Positions 45,802 to 54,613 of a DNA stretch of 64,000 nt are shown here, piece after piece (positions within the stretch are counted from its first letter, which is position 1; each line of letters begins with the position of its first letter). The stretch comes from Actinomycetota bacterium (GTDB taxonomy: Bacteria > Actinomycetota > Acidimicrobiia > Acidimicrobiales > Iamiaceae), in the NCBI GenBank assembly GCA_040255345.1, contig JBDZUV010000001.1, positions 920-64,919 on the forward strand, read 5' to 3'. The translations under genes and the position numbers were made by a program. The notes beneath the pieces are model-generated. The model saw only the letters and a program-made list of their open reading frames with translations, was not told the origin of the DNA and did not search any database.

Positions 45802-46836
45802 ATGAGCGAACCCGGTACCGCCCAATTGCGTGACCAGTCGTTGTTGCGGGTGGAACACCTCGTTGTCGAGTTTCCGGCCGGTCGCGGCCGGAAGGTGCAC
45901 GCGGTCAGTGACTTCAGCATCGATCTGGCCGAAGGCGAGACCCTCGGCCTGGTGGGCGAATCCGGATGCGGAAAGTCCACGACGGGGCGGGCGATCATGC
46001 AGCTCCCGCCGCCGACCTCGGGCTCGGTGTCCTTCGGCGGCACCGAGTTCACCAAACTGTCCAAGCGGGAACTGCGCCGGCAGCGACCCCGGATGCAGAT
46101 GATCTTCCAGGACCCGATCTCGTCGTTGAACCCGCGCCGCAAGGTCGGCGACATCGTCGCCGAACCCCTCGAGATCTGGGAGATCGGCACACCGGAGGAA
46201 CGCCAGGCGAAGGTCCGCGAGGTTCTCGACGCCTGCGGTCTCGATCCGGATGCCACGATGGACAAGTACCCCCACGAGTTCTCGGGCGGTCAGTGCCAGC
46301 GCATCTGTGTCGCCCGTGCGCTGGTGCTCGATCCCGAGGTCATCATCTGCGACGAGCCCGTCTCCGCGCTCGACGTGTCGGTCCAGGCACAGATTCTGAA
46401 CCTGCTCGAGGACATGAAGGATCGTTATGGCCTCACGCTGGTGTTCATCGCCCACGACCTCGCGGTCGTCAAGAACGTCTCCGATCGGGTCGCGGTGATG
46501 TATCTGGGCAAACTGTGTGAGACCGGGACCCCCGAGGAGGTCTACGGATCGCCGGCGCACCCCTACACCGCGGCCCTGCTCGCGTCGATCCCCTCGCCCG
46601 AGTTCCGTGCCGACGAGGAACGGGAGCCACCGTTGTCGGGTGAGCTGCCCTCGCCGATCGACCCGCCCAGCGGCTGCCGGTTCCGCACCCGTTGCCCGTC
46701 TGCACAGGAGATCTGTGGACGGGTCGAACCCGAGGTGCGCGACGTCGGTGGCGGGCACTACGTGGCGTGCCACTTTCCCCTGGTCGGCGAGGTGAGCGCG
46801 GACGCCGCGAACGAGCCGGTCGCCGTCGACGCCTGA
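45802..46836 (+). CDS. Oligopeptide/dipeptide-type ABC ATPase (DppF/OppF-like)
   Basis: Track ORF. Motifs are GESGCGKST, FSGGQCQRI, IICDEPVSALD and CRFRTRCP. Confidence 0.9.
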   Translation: MSEPGTAQLRDQSLLRVEHLVVEFPAGRGRKVHAVSDFSIDLAEGETLGLVGESGCGKSTTGRAIMQLPPPTSGSVSFGGTEFTKLSKRELRRQRPRMQMIFQDPISSLNPRRKVGDIVAEPLEIWEIGTPEERQAKVREVLDACGLDPDATMDKYPHEFSGGQCQRICVARALVLDPEVIICDEPVSALDVSVQAQILNLLEDMKDRYGLTLVFIAHDLAVVKNVSDRVAVMYLGKLCETGTPEEVYGSPAHPYTAALLASIPSPEFRADEEREPPLSGELPSPIDPPSGCRFRTRCPSAQEICGRVEPEVRDVGGGHYVACHFPLVGEVSADAANEPVAVDA

Positions 46837-46891
46837 CCGCCCGGGCGGCCGGCTCCGGGGATCGGTCCGCCGGTGTGCAAGGATTGCGGAC

Positions 46892-47368
46892 ATGGCCCAA
46901 CCTCCCGCCTTCCAGATCGACACCGACACCGTGTACCGCGCGACGATCACGACCGACCGCGGCACGATCGTCGCGGATCTCGATCCGCAGCTCGCGCCCA
47001 ACACCGTCAACCACTTCGTCGTCCAGGCACGCGACGGTTTCTATGACGGGCTGACCTTCCATCGCGTCGTGCCCGAGTTCGTGATCCAGGGCGGTGACCC
47101 CGACGGCACCGGTCGTGGCGGACCGGGCTACCAGTTCGCCGACGAGCCGGTCAAGGGCGAGTACACCGACGGTGCGGTGGCGATGGCGAATGCGGGACCC
47201 GACACCAACGGGTCGCAGTTCTTCATCTGCATCGACGACTGCCGGGCGAAGCTCGCGCCCAGTTACAACCTGTTCGGCCATGTCGTCGAGGGTCTCGACG
47301 TGGCCAAGAGCATCCAGGTCGGCGACGTGATGACCTCGGTGACGATCACCGAACTGACACGGAGCTGA
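46892..47368 (+). CDS. Cyclophilin-type peptidyl-prolyl cis-trans isomerase
   Basis: Track ORF. Motifs are FHRVVPEFVIQGGDPDGTGRGGPGYQFADE and MANAGPDTNGSQFFI. Confidence 0.9.
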   Translation: MAQPPAFQIDTDTVYRATITTDRGTIVADLDPQLAPNTVNHFVVQARDGFYDGLTFHRVVPEFVIQGGDPDGTGRGGPGYQFADEPVKGEYTDGAVAMANAGPDTNGSQFFICIDDCRAKLAPSYNLFGHVVEGLDVAKSIQVGDVMTSVTITELTRS

Positions 47369-47383
47369 TCCCCCGCTCCACCG

Positions 47384-49069
47384 ATGGACATCGCCTACAC
47401 CAATCTGTTCGATCGTCTCGTCGACGAATTCGGCGACCGCGGAGCACTCGTGTGGCGGGATCGACGCCACACCTTCACCGACGTCCGGGAGCAGGCGAAC
47501 CGGTTCGCCAACGTCCTCGCCGCGCACGGACTGGGCCTACGTGCCGATCCGGAAGCCGTCGCACCTCATGTCTCACCGCACGATCACGTCGCGCTGTATC
47601 TTCGGAACGGTACCGAATACCTGATCGCGATGCTGGGCGCGTGGCGGGCCCGGGCCGCAGCGACCAACATCAACTACCGCTACGTCGACGACGAACTCGC
47701 CGGGGTGCTCGCCGACCAGGATTGTGCCGCGATCGTGTACCACGGTTCCTTCGCGGACACGCTCGCCCGGGTGTTGGAGCGCATCGAGACCCCACGACTG
47801 TTGCTACGGGTCGACGACGGCGCGGGAGACGAACTGCTCCCCGGTGCCCTCGACTACGACGCGGCCCTCGCCGGTGTCCCGGGTGACGCGCCGCCCCGTG
47901 ACGACCACTCCCCTTCTGACCGGTACGTCCTCTACACCGGCGGCACGACCGGTGCACCCAAGGGGGTGCTGTGGCGTCAAGGCGACTTCCTGGTCAAGGC
48001 GTTGGGGTTGCGCCACGGCGACGGCTCGGAGTTCTCCGGTAGCGACGAGGTGCTGGCTCGGGCCGGTCGACGACGGCTGGTGTCGATGCCACTCCCGCCG
48101 TTCATGCACGGCGCAGCGCACTGGAATGCGTTGAGCACCTGGTTGTCGGGTGGCACGGTGGTGCTCCCCGACGAGGTGACCCGATTCGATCCCGTGGATG
48201 CACTGGAGGTGGCGGCCCGCGAGCGGGTGACCGCCACCGTGATCGTGGGCGACGCCTTCGCACGCCCGTTGGCCGACGCGCTCGATGCCGGAGCGCCGGT
48301 ACCCCGGGACCTGCGCCATGTGCTCTCCAGCGGTGCGATCCTGTCGCGGCCGGTGGCCGAACGCCTGCGGGCGCATCTTCCCGAGATCCGGGTGGTCGAT
48401 GTTCTCGGGTCCTCCGAAGCGGGCCGCCAGGCGCTGAAGGTGACCGCACCCGGTGAGACCCGCCGAGCCGATTTCGGACGCGACCGGGGCACCGTGGTGC
48501 TCGACGAGACGCGGAGCCGCGCACTGGAGCCCGGTGAGGACCAGATCGGGTGGATCGCCACGAGCGGACGCGTGCCGCTGGGTTATCTCGCGGATCCGGT
48601 CAAGACGGCGGCGACCTTCCCCACGATCGACGGGGTGCGGTACGTGGTGCCCGGAGATCGAGCCCGGCTCACCGCGGACGGCGACATCGAGTTGCACGGA
48701 CGTGAGTCGGTCACGATCAACTCGGGCGGCGAGAAGATCTTCGCCGAGGAGGTCGAGCAGGCGATCAAGGAACATGCCGACGTCGCCGACGTACTGGTCG
48801 TCCCGCGGCCGAGCGAGACGTGGGGGTCCGAAGTGGTCGCGATCGTCGCGCTGCACGACGGCGCGCCCGCCGACCCCGCGGCACTCGAGCGGACCGCCCG
48901 CGCACACATCGCCGGGTTCAAGATCCCGAAGGCCTTCGTGTTCGTCGACACCGTCCCCCGCTTTCCGAGTGGCAAACCCGACTATGTGTCAGCGACGGCC
49001 GCAGCGACGGCCGCCGCCACGGCCACTGCTGAGGCCGCCGCGACGCCGACGGCGCCTGCCGCCGGTTGA
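47384..49069 (+). CDS. AMP-dependent acyl-CoA synthetase/ligase (FadD-like)
   Basis: Track ORF. Motifs are LYTGGTTGAPKGVLW, GSSEAG, INSGGEKI and PSGKPD. It has an Ala/Thr-rich C-terminal tail. Confidence 0.85.
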   Translation: MDIAYTNLFDRLVDEFGDRGALVWRDRRHTFTDVREQANRFANVLAAHGLGLRADPEAVAPHVSPHDHVALYLRNGTEYLIAMLGAWRARAAATNINYRYVDDELAGVLADQDCAAIVYHGSFADTLARVLERIETPRLLLRVDDGAGDELLPGALDYDAALAGVPGDAPPRDDHSPSDRYVLYTGGTTGAPKGVLWRQGDFLVKALGLRHGDGSEFSGSDEVLARAGRRRLVSMPLPPFMHGAAHWNALSTWLSGGTVVLPDEVTRFDPVDALEVAARERVTATVIVGDAFARPLADALDAGAPVPRDLRHVLSSGAILSRPVAERLRAHLPEIRVVDVLGSSEAGRQALKVTAPGETRRADFGRDRGTVVLDETRSRALEPGEDQIGWIATSGRVPLGYLADPVKTAATFPTIDGVRYVVPGDRARLTADGDIELHGRESVTINSGGEKIFAEEVEQAIKEHADVADVLVVPRPSETWGSEVVAIVALHDGAPADPAALERTARAHIAGFKIPKAFVFVDTVPRFPSGKPDYVSATAAATAAATATAEAAATPTAPAAG

Positions 49070-49114
49070 CACGCGCCGCCGGACCCGGCCGCGACGATCG
49101 TGGAGTGCGGTCGG

Positions 49115-49318
49115 TCAGTCCTTGGTGGCGACCGCGTTCGGGGTGACGTTCATCTTCGGCTCGTAGGCCACCGACTCGACCTCGTGGGCGGTCCCGTGCA
49201 CGGTGGCCCGCAGTTCGCCACGGCACGACCCGCACGGGCCCCAGAACCGCGCGGTCACCTCGCGGTCACAACGTGGGCACCGGAACGTGACGGCGTCGCG
49301 GTCGAAGTCGACATCCAT
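49115..49318 (-). CDS. Small zinc-ribbon protein (67 aa, hypothetical)
   Basis: Track ORF with high GC3. It has CPRCD...CGSC (CxxC-x16-CxxC). Confidence 0.55.
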   Translation of the reverse strand: MDVDFDRDAVTFRCPRCDREVTARFWGPCGSCRGELRATVHGTAHEVESVAYEPKMNVTPNAVATKD

Positions 49319-49455
49319 GGGTCAATGGTCGCACATCCACTGCTCGCCCACCGGGTTTCCACCAACAATTCACAGGGTTTCGGGTCTTCCTTCCCACAGG
49401 GGACCCGCCGTAGGTTGCCAGGTAGTCGAATCGTCCCCGACCCGAACCGAGTCCC

Positions 49456-49809
49456 ATGGCAACCTTTCGCATTCTGGCAACCGACGACGGCGTCCATCTG
49501 GTGGACGGAGCTGACACCTACGCGCCCGAAGGTCCGCTCACGACGTTCTTCGCCACCCGGCGGTCTTCGGGCGTCGTCGACTCGTGGGCGACGAGAGTGG
49601 CGAGTTTCCGGACGCTGAGCATCGCGAGCATCGAGCGGGTGGCGGCCGTCTCCTCAGACCATCACGGTACGTACGCACCGGTCAGTGCCAGTGCGCACAA
49701 TCCGACCGAGAGCGCTCCCCCCGCCGCATACGCGGCCGGGGTGAACCGGTCCCTGCCTTCGAGTACGAGAGCGCCGGCCATGGCGAGCGGAAAGGCGCTC
49801 GTGGCGTAA
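49456..49809 (+). CDS. Possible small hypothetical protein; 3' extent doubtful
   Basis: Track ORF. The first roughly 70 codons (MATFRILATDDGVHLVDGADTYAPEGPLTTFFATR...) look protein-like with good GC3. The last roughly 50 codons overlap the convergent GT-C gene and look like a shadow frame. No SD is evident. Confidence 0.25.
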   Translation: MATFRILATDDGVHLVDGADTYAPEGPLTTFFATRRSSGVVDSWATRVASFRTLSIASIERVAAVSSDHHGTYAPVSASAHNPTESAPPAAYAAGVNRSLPSSTRAPAMASGKALVA

Positions 49810-50774
49810 CGCTCGATCGAGTTCAGGTTCTCCGCGGACAACGCGGCCGCCAGCACGGCCGCCGCGAACACTCCGTAGGTGGCCGGCAGGCGCCAGAACA
49901 CGATGATCAGCAACACGAGAAAACCGATCACGAACGGGACGTGCAGCCCCGTGGTGAACGCGTCGTGACCGGTCAGGGTGTCGGGGAGCGACCACAGCCG
50001 CTGCAAGGGAGTCTCGGTCTTGCGCAGCTCATCCTGGATCCGGACCGGCGCGAAGAAGCCGAACCCCCGCACCGACGAGTACCAACAGAACGCCATCGCC
50101 CCCACCGGAGCCGCGACGATCGCCGCGCCCTGGGCCACGAGGCGTCGCGTCGGGCGCGGCGGCCAGTGCCGGACCACCTCCACGAGCGCGGCGGCCGCCA
50201 GGGCCACACCGATCGGCCGGCACAGGCCGGCCGCGAGGCCGAGCACGGCGGCGAGCCACCAGCGTTGCCGGCGCAACGCCCAGATGCCCCAGACCGCCAA
50301 CGCCACGAGCAGCGCCTCGGAATAGGCCCACGCGAGCACGAACGCGCCCGGGAACAGGAGCCAGAACCAGACCGACCGGTCGGCGGCCCCCACGGGGTTG
50401 CCCTCGTCGACGACGAGTCGGTGGATACCCCATGCGGCCACGACGACCGAGACCTTGGCGATCACGATGAGCGCCAGGTCGATGTTGCCGCCGAACGGTA
50501 CGGACAGGATCCGACCCAGGCTCGGATACAGCGGGAAGAACCGGATGCTCTCTGCGTTCGAGGCGACGTAGCCGTGCTCGGCGATGAACCGGTAGAACCC
50601 GCCGTCCCACGAGACCCAGCCGAGCACACCGTGGTACTGCGGTGGTCGGTGGTCCGCGCCCAGTTGGTGTCGGGTGATCGCGGTCGCCAGGACCCATCCC
50701 ACGACGGTGAGCAACTGGGTCGTGACGGCGGCGATCCCGATCACTCCCAGGCGATGACGCCGCACCGCGGTCAT
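49662..50774 (-). CDS. GT-C-fold membrane mannosyltransferase-like protein (PIG-V/GT76-like)
   Basis: Track ORF with multiple TM helices. The N-terminal loop WVSWDGGFYRFIAEHGY...IRFFPLYPSLGR resembles the PIG-V family motif (from memory). Its start overlaps the upstream GT39 stop as ATGA. Confidence 0.6.
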   Translation of the reverse strand: MTAVRRHRLGVIGIAAVTTQLLTVVGWVLATAITRHQLGADHRPPQYHGVLGWVSWDGGFYRFIAEHGYVASNAESIRFFPLYPSLGRILSVPFGGNIDLALIVIAKVSVVVAAWGIHRLVVDEGNPVGAADRSVWFWLLFPGAFVLAWAYSEALLVALAVWGIWALRRQRWWLAAVLGLAAGLCRPIGVALAAAALVEVVRHWPPRPTRRLVAQGAAIVAAPVGAMAFCWYSSVRGFGFFAPVRIQDELRKTETPLQRLWSLPDTLTGHDAFTTGLHVPFVIGFLVLLIIVFWRLPATYGVFAAAVLAAALSAENLNSIERYATSAFPLAMAGALVLEGRDRFTPAAYAAGGALSVGLCALALTGAYVP

Positions 50775-52420
50775 CGTGGTTCGAAGACCGTGACGTTCTC
50801 GCTCTCGTAGTACCGGCGCTGGGCGTCGAGGATCTGGCGATTGTCGGGGCGGTGGCCGGTGAGCGAGATGACGACGTCGGTGCAGAGTTTCTTGTGGGTG
50901 ATGTAGCTCTCACTCCACACCACGAAGATCTGTTTGTCGTCGCCGGCCCGCGCGACGAGGTCGGAGGCGAAGTCTGCGGGTGACCGTGATCCGGTCCGGG
51001 CCACGTAGTCGGACCAGTTCACGATCCGTGGGTTGCTGAAGGTCGGAAAGCTCCCGACGTCGAACCCGGCGGGGAGCACCCGGACCAGCGCCGGCCCGAG
51101 TTGGTCGGGACACACCGCCACCACGTCGCCTGGTCGACCGTTCGCCGCGATGACGGCTGCCGCGTCGGCCGCCTGGGTTCTCGACATCGTGACGTTCTGA
51201 TAGCACCCGGCCGCCGATGCGACGACCACCAGGGCCAACGCGCCACGTTGCACCAGCGGACCCCGGAGGACGGCGATGCCGATGCCGGCGATGACCAGTG
51301 CGAAGGGCAGCCAGACGGCGTTGTAGCGCGGCTGGAAGGCCGAGTTCGACGCCAGCATCGTGGCGACGCCGAGCAGAATCGTGAGCCCGGCCAGCCAGGC
51401 GAGTGGCCGGCTGTGGGGGCGGGTCCGCAGATCCAGTTCGAACCGGCCGGAGGCGACTCCCACGCCGAGCAGCCCCAACACGATGATCGCCGTGACATAC
51501 CAGCCTCCCAATGCGTCGGTGGCGTTCGCCGCTCCACCGAGCGCCTCGATCGTGTTGACCACGACAGTCGGGGGCATGCTGCGAGACGCCCATGGCGTGC
51601 CCGTGTGCGCCTGCTGGTACAGCAGGGTCGGAACCCACGGGATGAACGAGATCGCGCCGACGCCCAGCGCGCCGAGCACCCATGCGGTCGCCCTGGCCCG
51701 GGCGCGGTCGCCTGCCCGACGGGCGCGGACCAGGCGGACGATGCCGGTCACCGCTGCGGCGAGACCGAGCCACAGCGCCCAGTACTGGCTCCACAGCAAC
51801 GCGCTCGTGCACACGGCGAGGCCGACGAGCGGTAGGGGGCGGGTCCGCCGCAGGGCCGAGTCGGCACACAGCCACCCGAGCAGAGCGAGGAGCATCACCA
51901 GGGAATACATGCGGTTCTCGGTGCTGTAACGGATCGCGAAGGGCAACACCGCGACCACGACGGCGGCGCTCCAGGCCACGGTCCGGCCCCCGACGCGACG
52001 GCCCACGAGCCAGGTCGCGGGGATCACGAGTACGCCGAAGACGCCGGCCAGGGACCGGATGGCGGTGTTCGACGTGCCGACCAGGTCCATCCACCAGTGC
52101 AACAGGAAGTAGTACAGCGGCGGATGGCCGTCGTTTCTGAGCACGTCGGGGATCTGGTGCAGCGGATGGGCGGCGATGTTGACCGTGAGCGCCTCGTCGA
52201 GCCACATGGGCGACCGCGTCCAGAAACGCAGGCCGACGGCGACGACCCCGACCGCGCAGAGCCCGGCGATGTCGAACCACCGGTAGGGCCCGGTGAGCGC
52301 CGGAAAAGCGCGCTCCGGGATCTCGTCGCCGGCGATCTCGCCGGGGGTGCCGTCGTGGTCGGATGGTCCGGCTGTGGCCGGGGCGCGACGAGTCGCCCCC
52401 GATGGTGTCGACGATGCCAT
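50771..52420 (-). CDS. GT-C glycosyltransferase family 39/83-like (PMT/ArnT-type) membrane protein
   Basis: Track ORF with more than 10 hydrophobic helices. The first loop is RSPMWLDEALTVNIA...NDGHPPLYYFLLHWW (DE motif plus the PPLYY signature of PMT_2-type enzymes). A soluble C-terminal domain is present. Confidence 0.75.
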   Translation of the reverse strand: MASSTPSGATRRAPATAGPSDHDGTPGEIAGDEIPERAFPALTGPYRWFDIAGLCAVGVVAVGLRFWTRSPMWLDEALTVNIAAHPLHQIPDVLRNDGHPPLYYFLLHWWMDLVGTSNTAIRSLAGVFGVLVIPATWLVGRRVGGRTVAWSAAVVVAVLPFAIRYSTENRMYSLVMLLALLGWLCADSALRRTRPLPLVGLAVCTSALLWSQYWALWLGLAAAVTGIVRLVRARRAGDRARARATAWVLGALGVGAISFIPWVPTLLYQQAHTGTPWASRSMPPTVVVNTIEALGGAANATDALGGWYVTAIIVLGLLGVGVASGRFELDLRTRPHSRPLAWLAGLTILLGVATMLASNSAFQPRYNAVWLPFALVIAGIGIAVLRGPLVQRGALALVVVASAAGCYQNVTMSRTQAADAAAVIAANGRPGDVVAVCPDQLGPALVRVLPAGFDVGSFPTFSNPRIVNWSDYVARTGSRSPADFASDLVARAGDDKQIFVVWSESYITHKKLCTDVVISLTGHRPDNRQILDAQRRYYESENVTVFEPR

Positions 52421-52561
52421 GAAGAGTGAAGACTAGAGCCCGGGCGGAGGCTCCACGTGGATCGGACCCGGCCGTGGATGGACCCGGATCGACCGGGGCG
52501 AAATCGTGGAGAACTACCCTGAGTCGGCCGAGGAGTCGACGAAACGAGTTGGGCACCGACC

Positions 52562-54580
52562 ATGAACGACGATCCATTCGAAGCCGAGGTGGTATGGCGA
52601 CCGGCCGACGACGCACGGAGCTCCACTCGCCTCGGCGGCTTTCTCGATTGGGCCGCCGACTGCGGCCTCGGCCGTCTTGCCACCTACGGCGACGCCTGGC
52701 AGTGGTCGGTGGCCGACCCCGCCGCCTTCTGGGGGGCGGTCAGGGATCATTTCGCATTGCCGATCTCCGGCGAGTCGACCGTGCTCGACCTCGGCGACCA
52801 GTCGCCGACCGGCCTACCCGGGGCCCGGTGGTTCCCCGGCGCGACGCTGAACGCCGCCGCGGTCGTCCTGGACGCTGCGGGCCGGCCCGACGACGCCACG
52901 GCCCTGCTGTGTCGCTCCCAGACCCGTGACGACACCACCATGACCTTCGGCGAACTGCGCCGAGAGGTCGCCCGGGTGCGACGCGGCCTCGTGACGCTCG
53001 GTGTCGCCGAAGGGGACTGTGTGGCCGGCTACGCACCCAACATCCCCGAAACGCTCGTCGCCTACCTCGCCACCGTGTCGCTGGGCGCGATCTGGACGTC
53101 GTGTGCGCCGGAGTTCGGGATCCGCAGCGTACTCGACCGCCTCATCCAGACCCGTCCCAAGGTGCTCGTGGCGATCGACGGCTACCGCTACGGCGAGCGG
53201 GCGATCGGTCGCCACGACGAGGTCGCTGCGATCATCCAGGAGCTGCCGTCGCTCGAAGCGGTGGTCCATATCGGCTACCTCGACCCGGCAGCGGCCGCTC
53301 CCCCGCGTGCGGTCCATTGGGCGGACCTCGACGGGCCCCACGACCCCGGCATCCGCCAGGTGCCCTTCTCGCATCCGCTGTGGGTGTTGTATTCGTCGGG
53401 GACGACGGGGCTGCCCAAGGCGATCGTCCATTCCCACGGTGGCATCACGCTCGAGCACCACAAGGCGCTGGCACTGCAGGGTGATCTGGGCCCCGGCGAC
53501 CGGTTCTTCTGGTTCACCACGACGGGCTGGATGATGTGGAACTACCTGGTGTCCGGACTGGCGGTCGGGGCGAGCGTGGTGCTCTTCGACGGCGACCCGG
53601 GCGCCGCCGAGATGGCTGAGCTGTGGCAGCTCGCCGACGACTACGCCGTCACCGCCTTCGGCGTCTCGGCGCCGTTCCTCGACGCGTGTCGTCACCGTGG
53701 CCTCCACCCGCGCCGTGACCACGACCTGTCGGCGTTGCGGTGGTTGGGTTCGACCGGTGCGCCGCTGGGCGCGGAGTCCTACCGCTGGATCATCGACCGG
53801 GTCGCATCGGTGCCGATCTCCTCGATCAGCGGCGGCACCGACGTGTGCACCGCGTTCGTCGGGGCCGCACCGCTGCTCCCCGTGCGGGCCGGGACGATCC
53901 CGTGTCGCTTTCTCGGTGCGGATGTCCGTGCCTTCGACCCCTCCGGTCGGGTGGTCGTGGGCACCGAGGGCGAGCTGGTGGTGACCACACCGATGCCGTC
54001 GATGCCGGTCGGGCTCTGGGACGACCCCGATGGGTCCCGGCTGCGCGCGGCCTATTTCGACCGCTTCGCCGACGTGTGGTGGCACGGTGACTGGATCACG
54101 ATCTCCGACGGTGGCGAATGCGTCATCTCGGGCCGTTCGGATGCGACCCTGAATCGCGGCGGCGTGCGTCTGGGCACCGCCGACTTCTACACGGTCGTCG
54201 AGGAGATCGTCGGTGTCGCCGACTGCCTGGTGGTGCACCTCGACACCGACGGTCGCGACGAGCTGATCGCGTTCGTGGTCACCGCCGACGGGGTGGATCT
54301 CGACGATGCTCTCGTGGACACGATCCGGAGCGAGTTGCGCAGGCAACTCTCCCCCCGCCATGTCCCCGATCTGGTCGTCGCCGTCGACGCCGTGCCACGT
54401 ACGCTCTCGGGAAAGAAGACCGAGGTGCCCGTCAAACGCATTCTCGCCGGCGCGTCGGTGTCCGAGGCGCTCGCCGCCGGGGCACTGGCCGACCCCGGAG
54501 CGATCGACGCCTACGTGGAGTGGGCACGGCGCCACGCGAGCGCCACCGGCGACCAGGGCGCCCGAGTCCGGCCCCACTAG
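52562..54580 (+). CDS. Acetoacetyl-CoA synthetase (acetoacetate-CoA ligase)
   Basis: Track ORF. The N-terminus has ...VWRPADDARSSTRLGGFLDW...WQWSVADPAAFW, typical of AACS. Also present are LYSSGTTGLPKAIVH and RSDATLNRGGVRLGTA. Confidence 0.85.
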   Translation: MNDDPFEAEVVWRPADDARSSTRLGGFLDWAADCGLGRLATYGDAWQWSVADPAAFWGAVRDHFALPISGESTVLDLGDQSPTGLPGARWFPGATLNAAAVVLDAAGRPDDATALLCRSQTRDDTTMTFGELRREVARVRRGLVTLGVAEGDCVAGYAPNIPETLVAYLATVSLGAIWTSCAPEFGIRSVLDRLIQTRPKVLVAIDGYRYGERAIGRHDEVAAIIQELPSLEAVVHIGYLDPAAAAPPRAVHWADLDGPHDPGIRQVPFSHPLWVLYSSGTTGLPKAIVHSHGGITLEHHKALALQGDLGPGDRFFWFTTTGWMMWNYLVSGLAVGASVVLFDGDPGAAEMAELWQLADDYAVTAFGVSAPFLDACRHRGLHPRRDHDLSALRWLGSTGAPLGAESYRWIIDRVASVPISSISGGTDVCTAFVGAAPLLPVRAGTIPCRFLGADVRAFDPSGRVVVGTEGELVVTTPMPSMPVGLWDDPDGSRLRAAYFDRFADVWWHGDWITISDGGECVISGRSDATLNRGGVRLGTADFYTVVEEIVGVADCLVVHLDTDGRDELIAFVVTADGVDLDDALVDTIRSELRRQLSPRHVPDLVVAVDAVPRTLSGKKTEVPVKRILAGASVSEALAAGALADPGAIDAYVEWARRHASATGDQGARVRPH

Positions 54581-54613
54581 CATCGGCCGTTCCGACGTCT
54601 TCACAGGAACTTC

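Noticed and set aside
46837-46848. 12-bp palindrome CCGCCCGGGCGG right after the second ATPase stop
   Set aside because: It is too short and has essentially no loop, so it cannot form a credible terminator hairpin. It is likely chance in GC-rich DNA.
44583-47010. Two long minus-strand ORFs (560 and 529 aa) across the ABC ATPase genes
   Set aside because: Opposite-strand shadows of genes with clear Walker A, signature and Walker B motifs.
48990-49069. Ala/Thr-rich tail (ATAAATAAATATAEAAATPTAPAAG) on the acyl-CoA synthetase
   Set aside because: GCC/ACG-rich low complexity arises easily in high-GC genomes, and there is no evidence of function. Noted only as a possible linker or an uncertain stop.
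50910-54604. Minus-strand ORFs 50910..52616 (568 aa) and 52814..54604 (596 aa)
   Set aside because: The first is an out-of-frame shadow of the GT39-like gene and the second is antisense to acetoacetyl-CoA synthetase. Both are Arg/Pro/Gly-rich with no domains.
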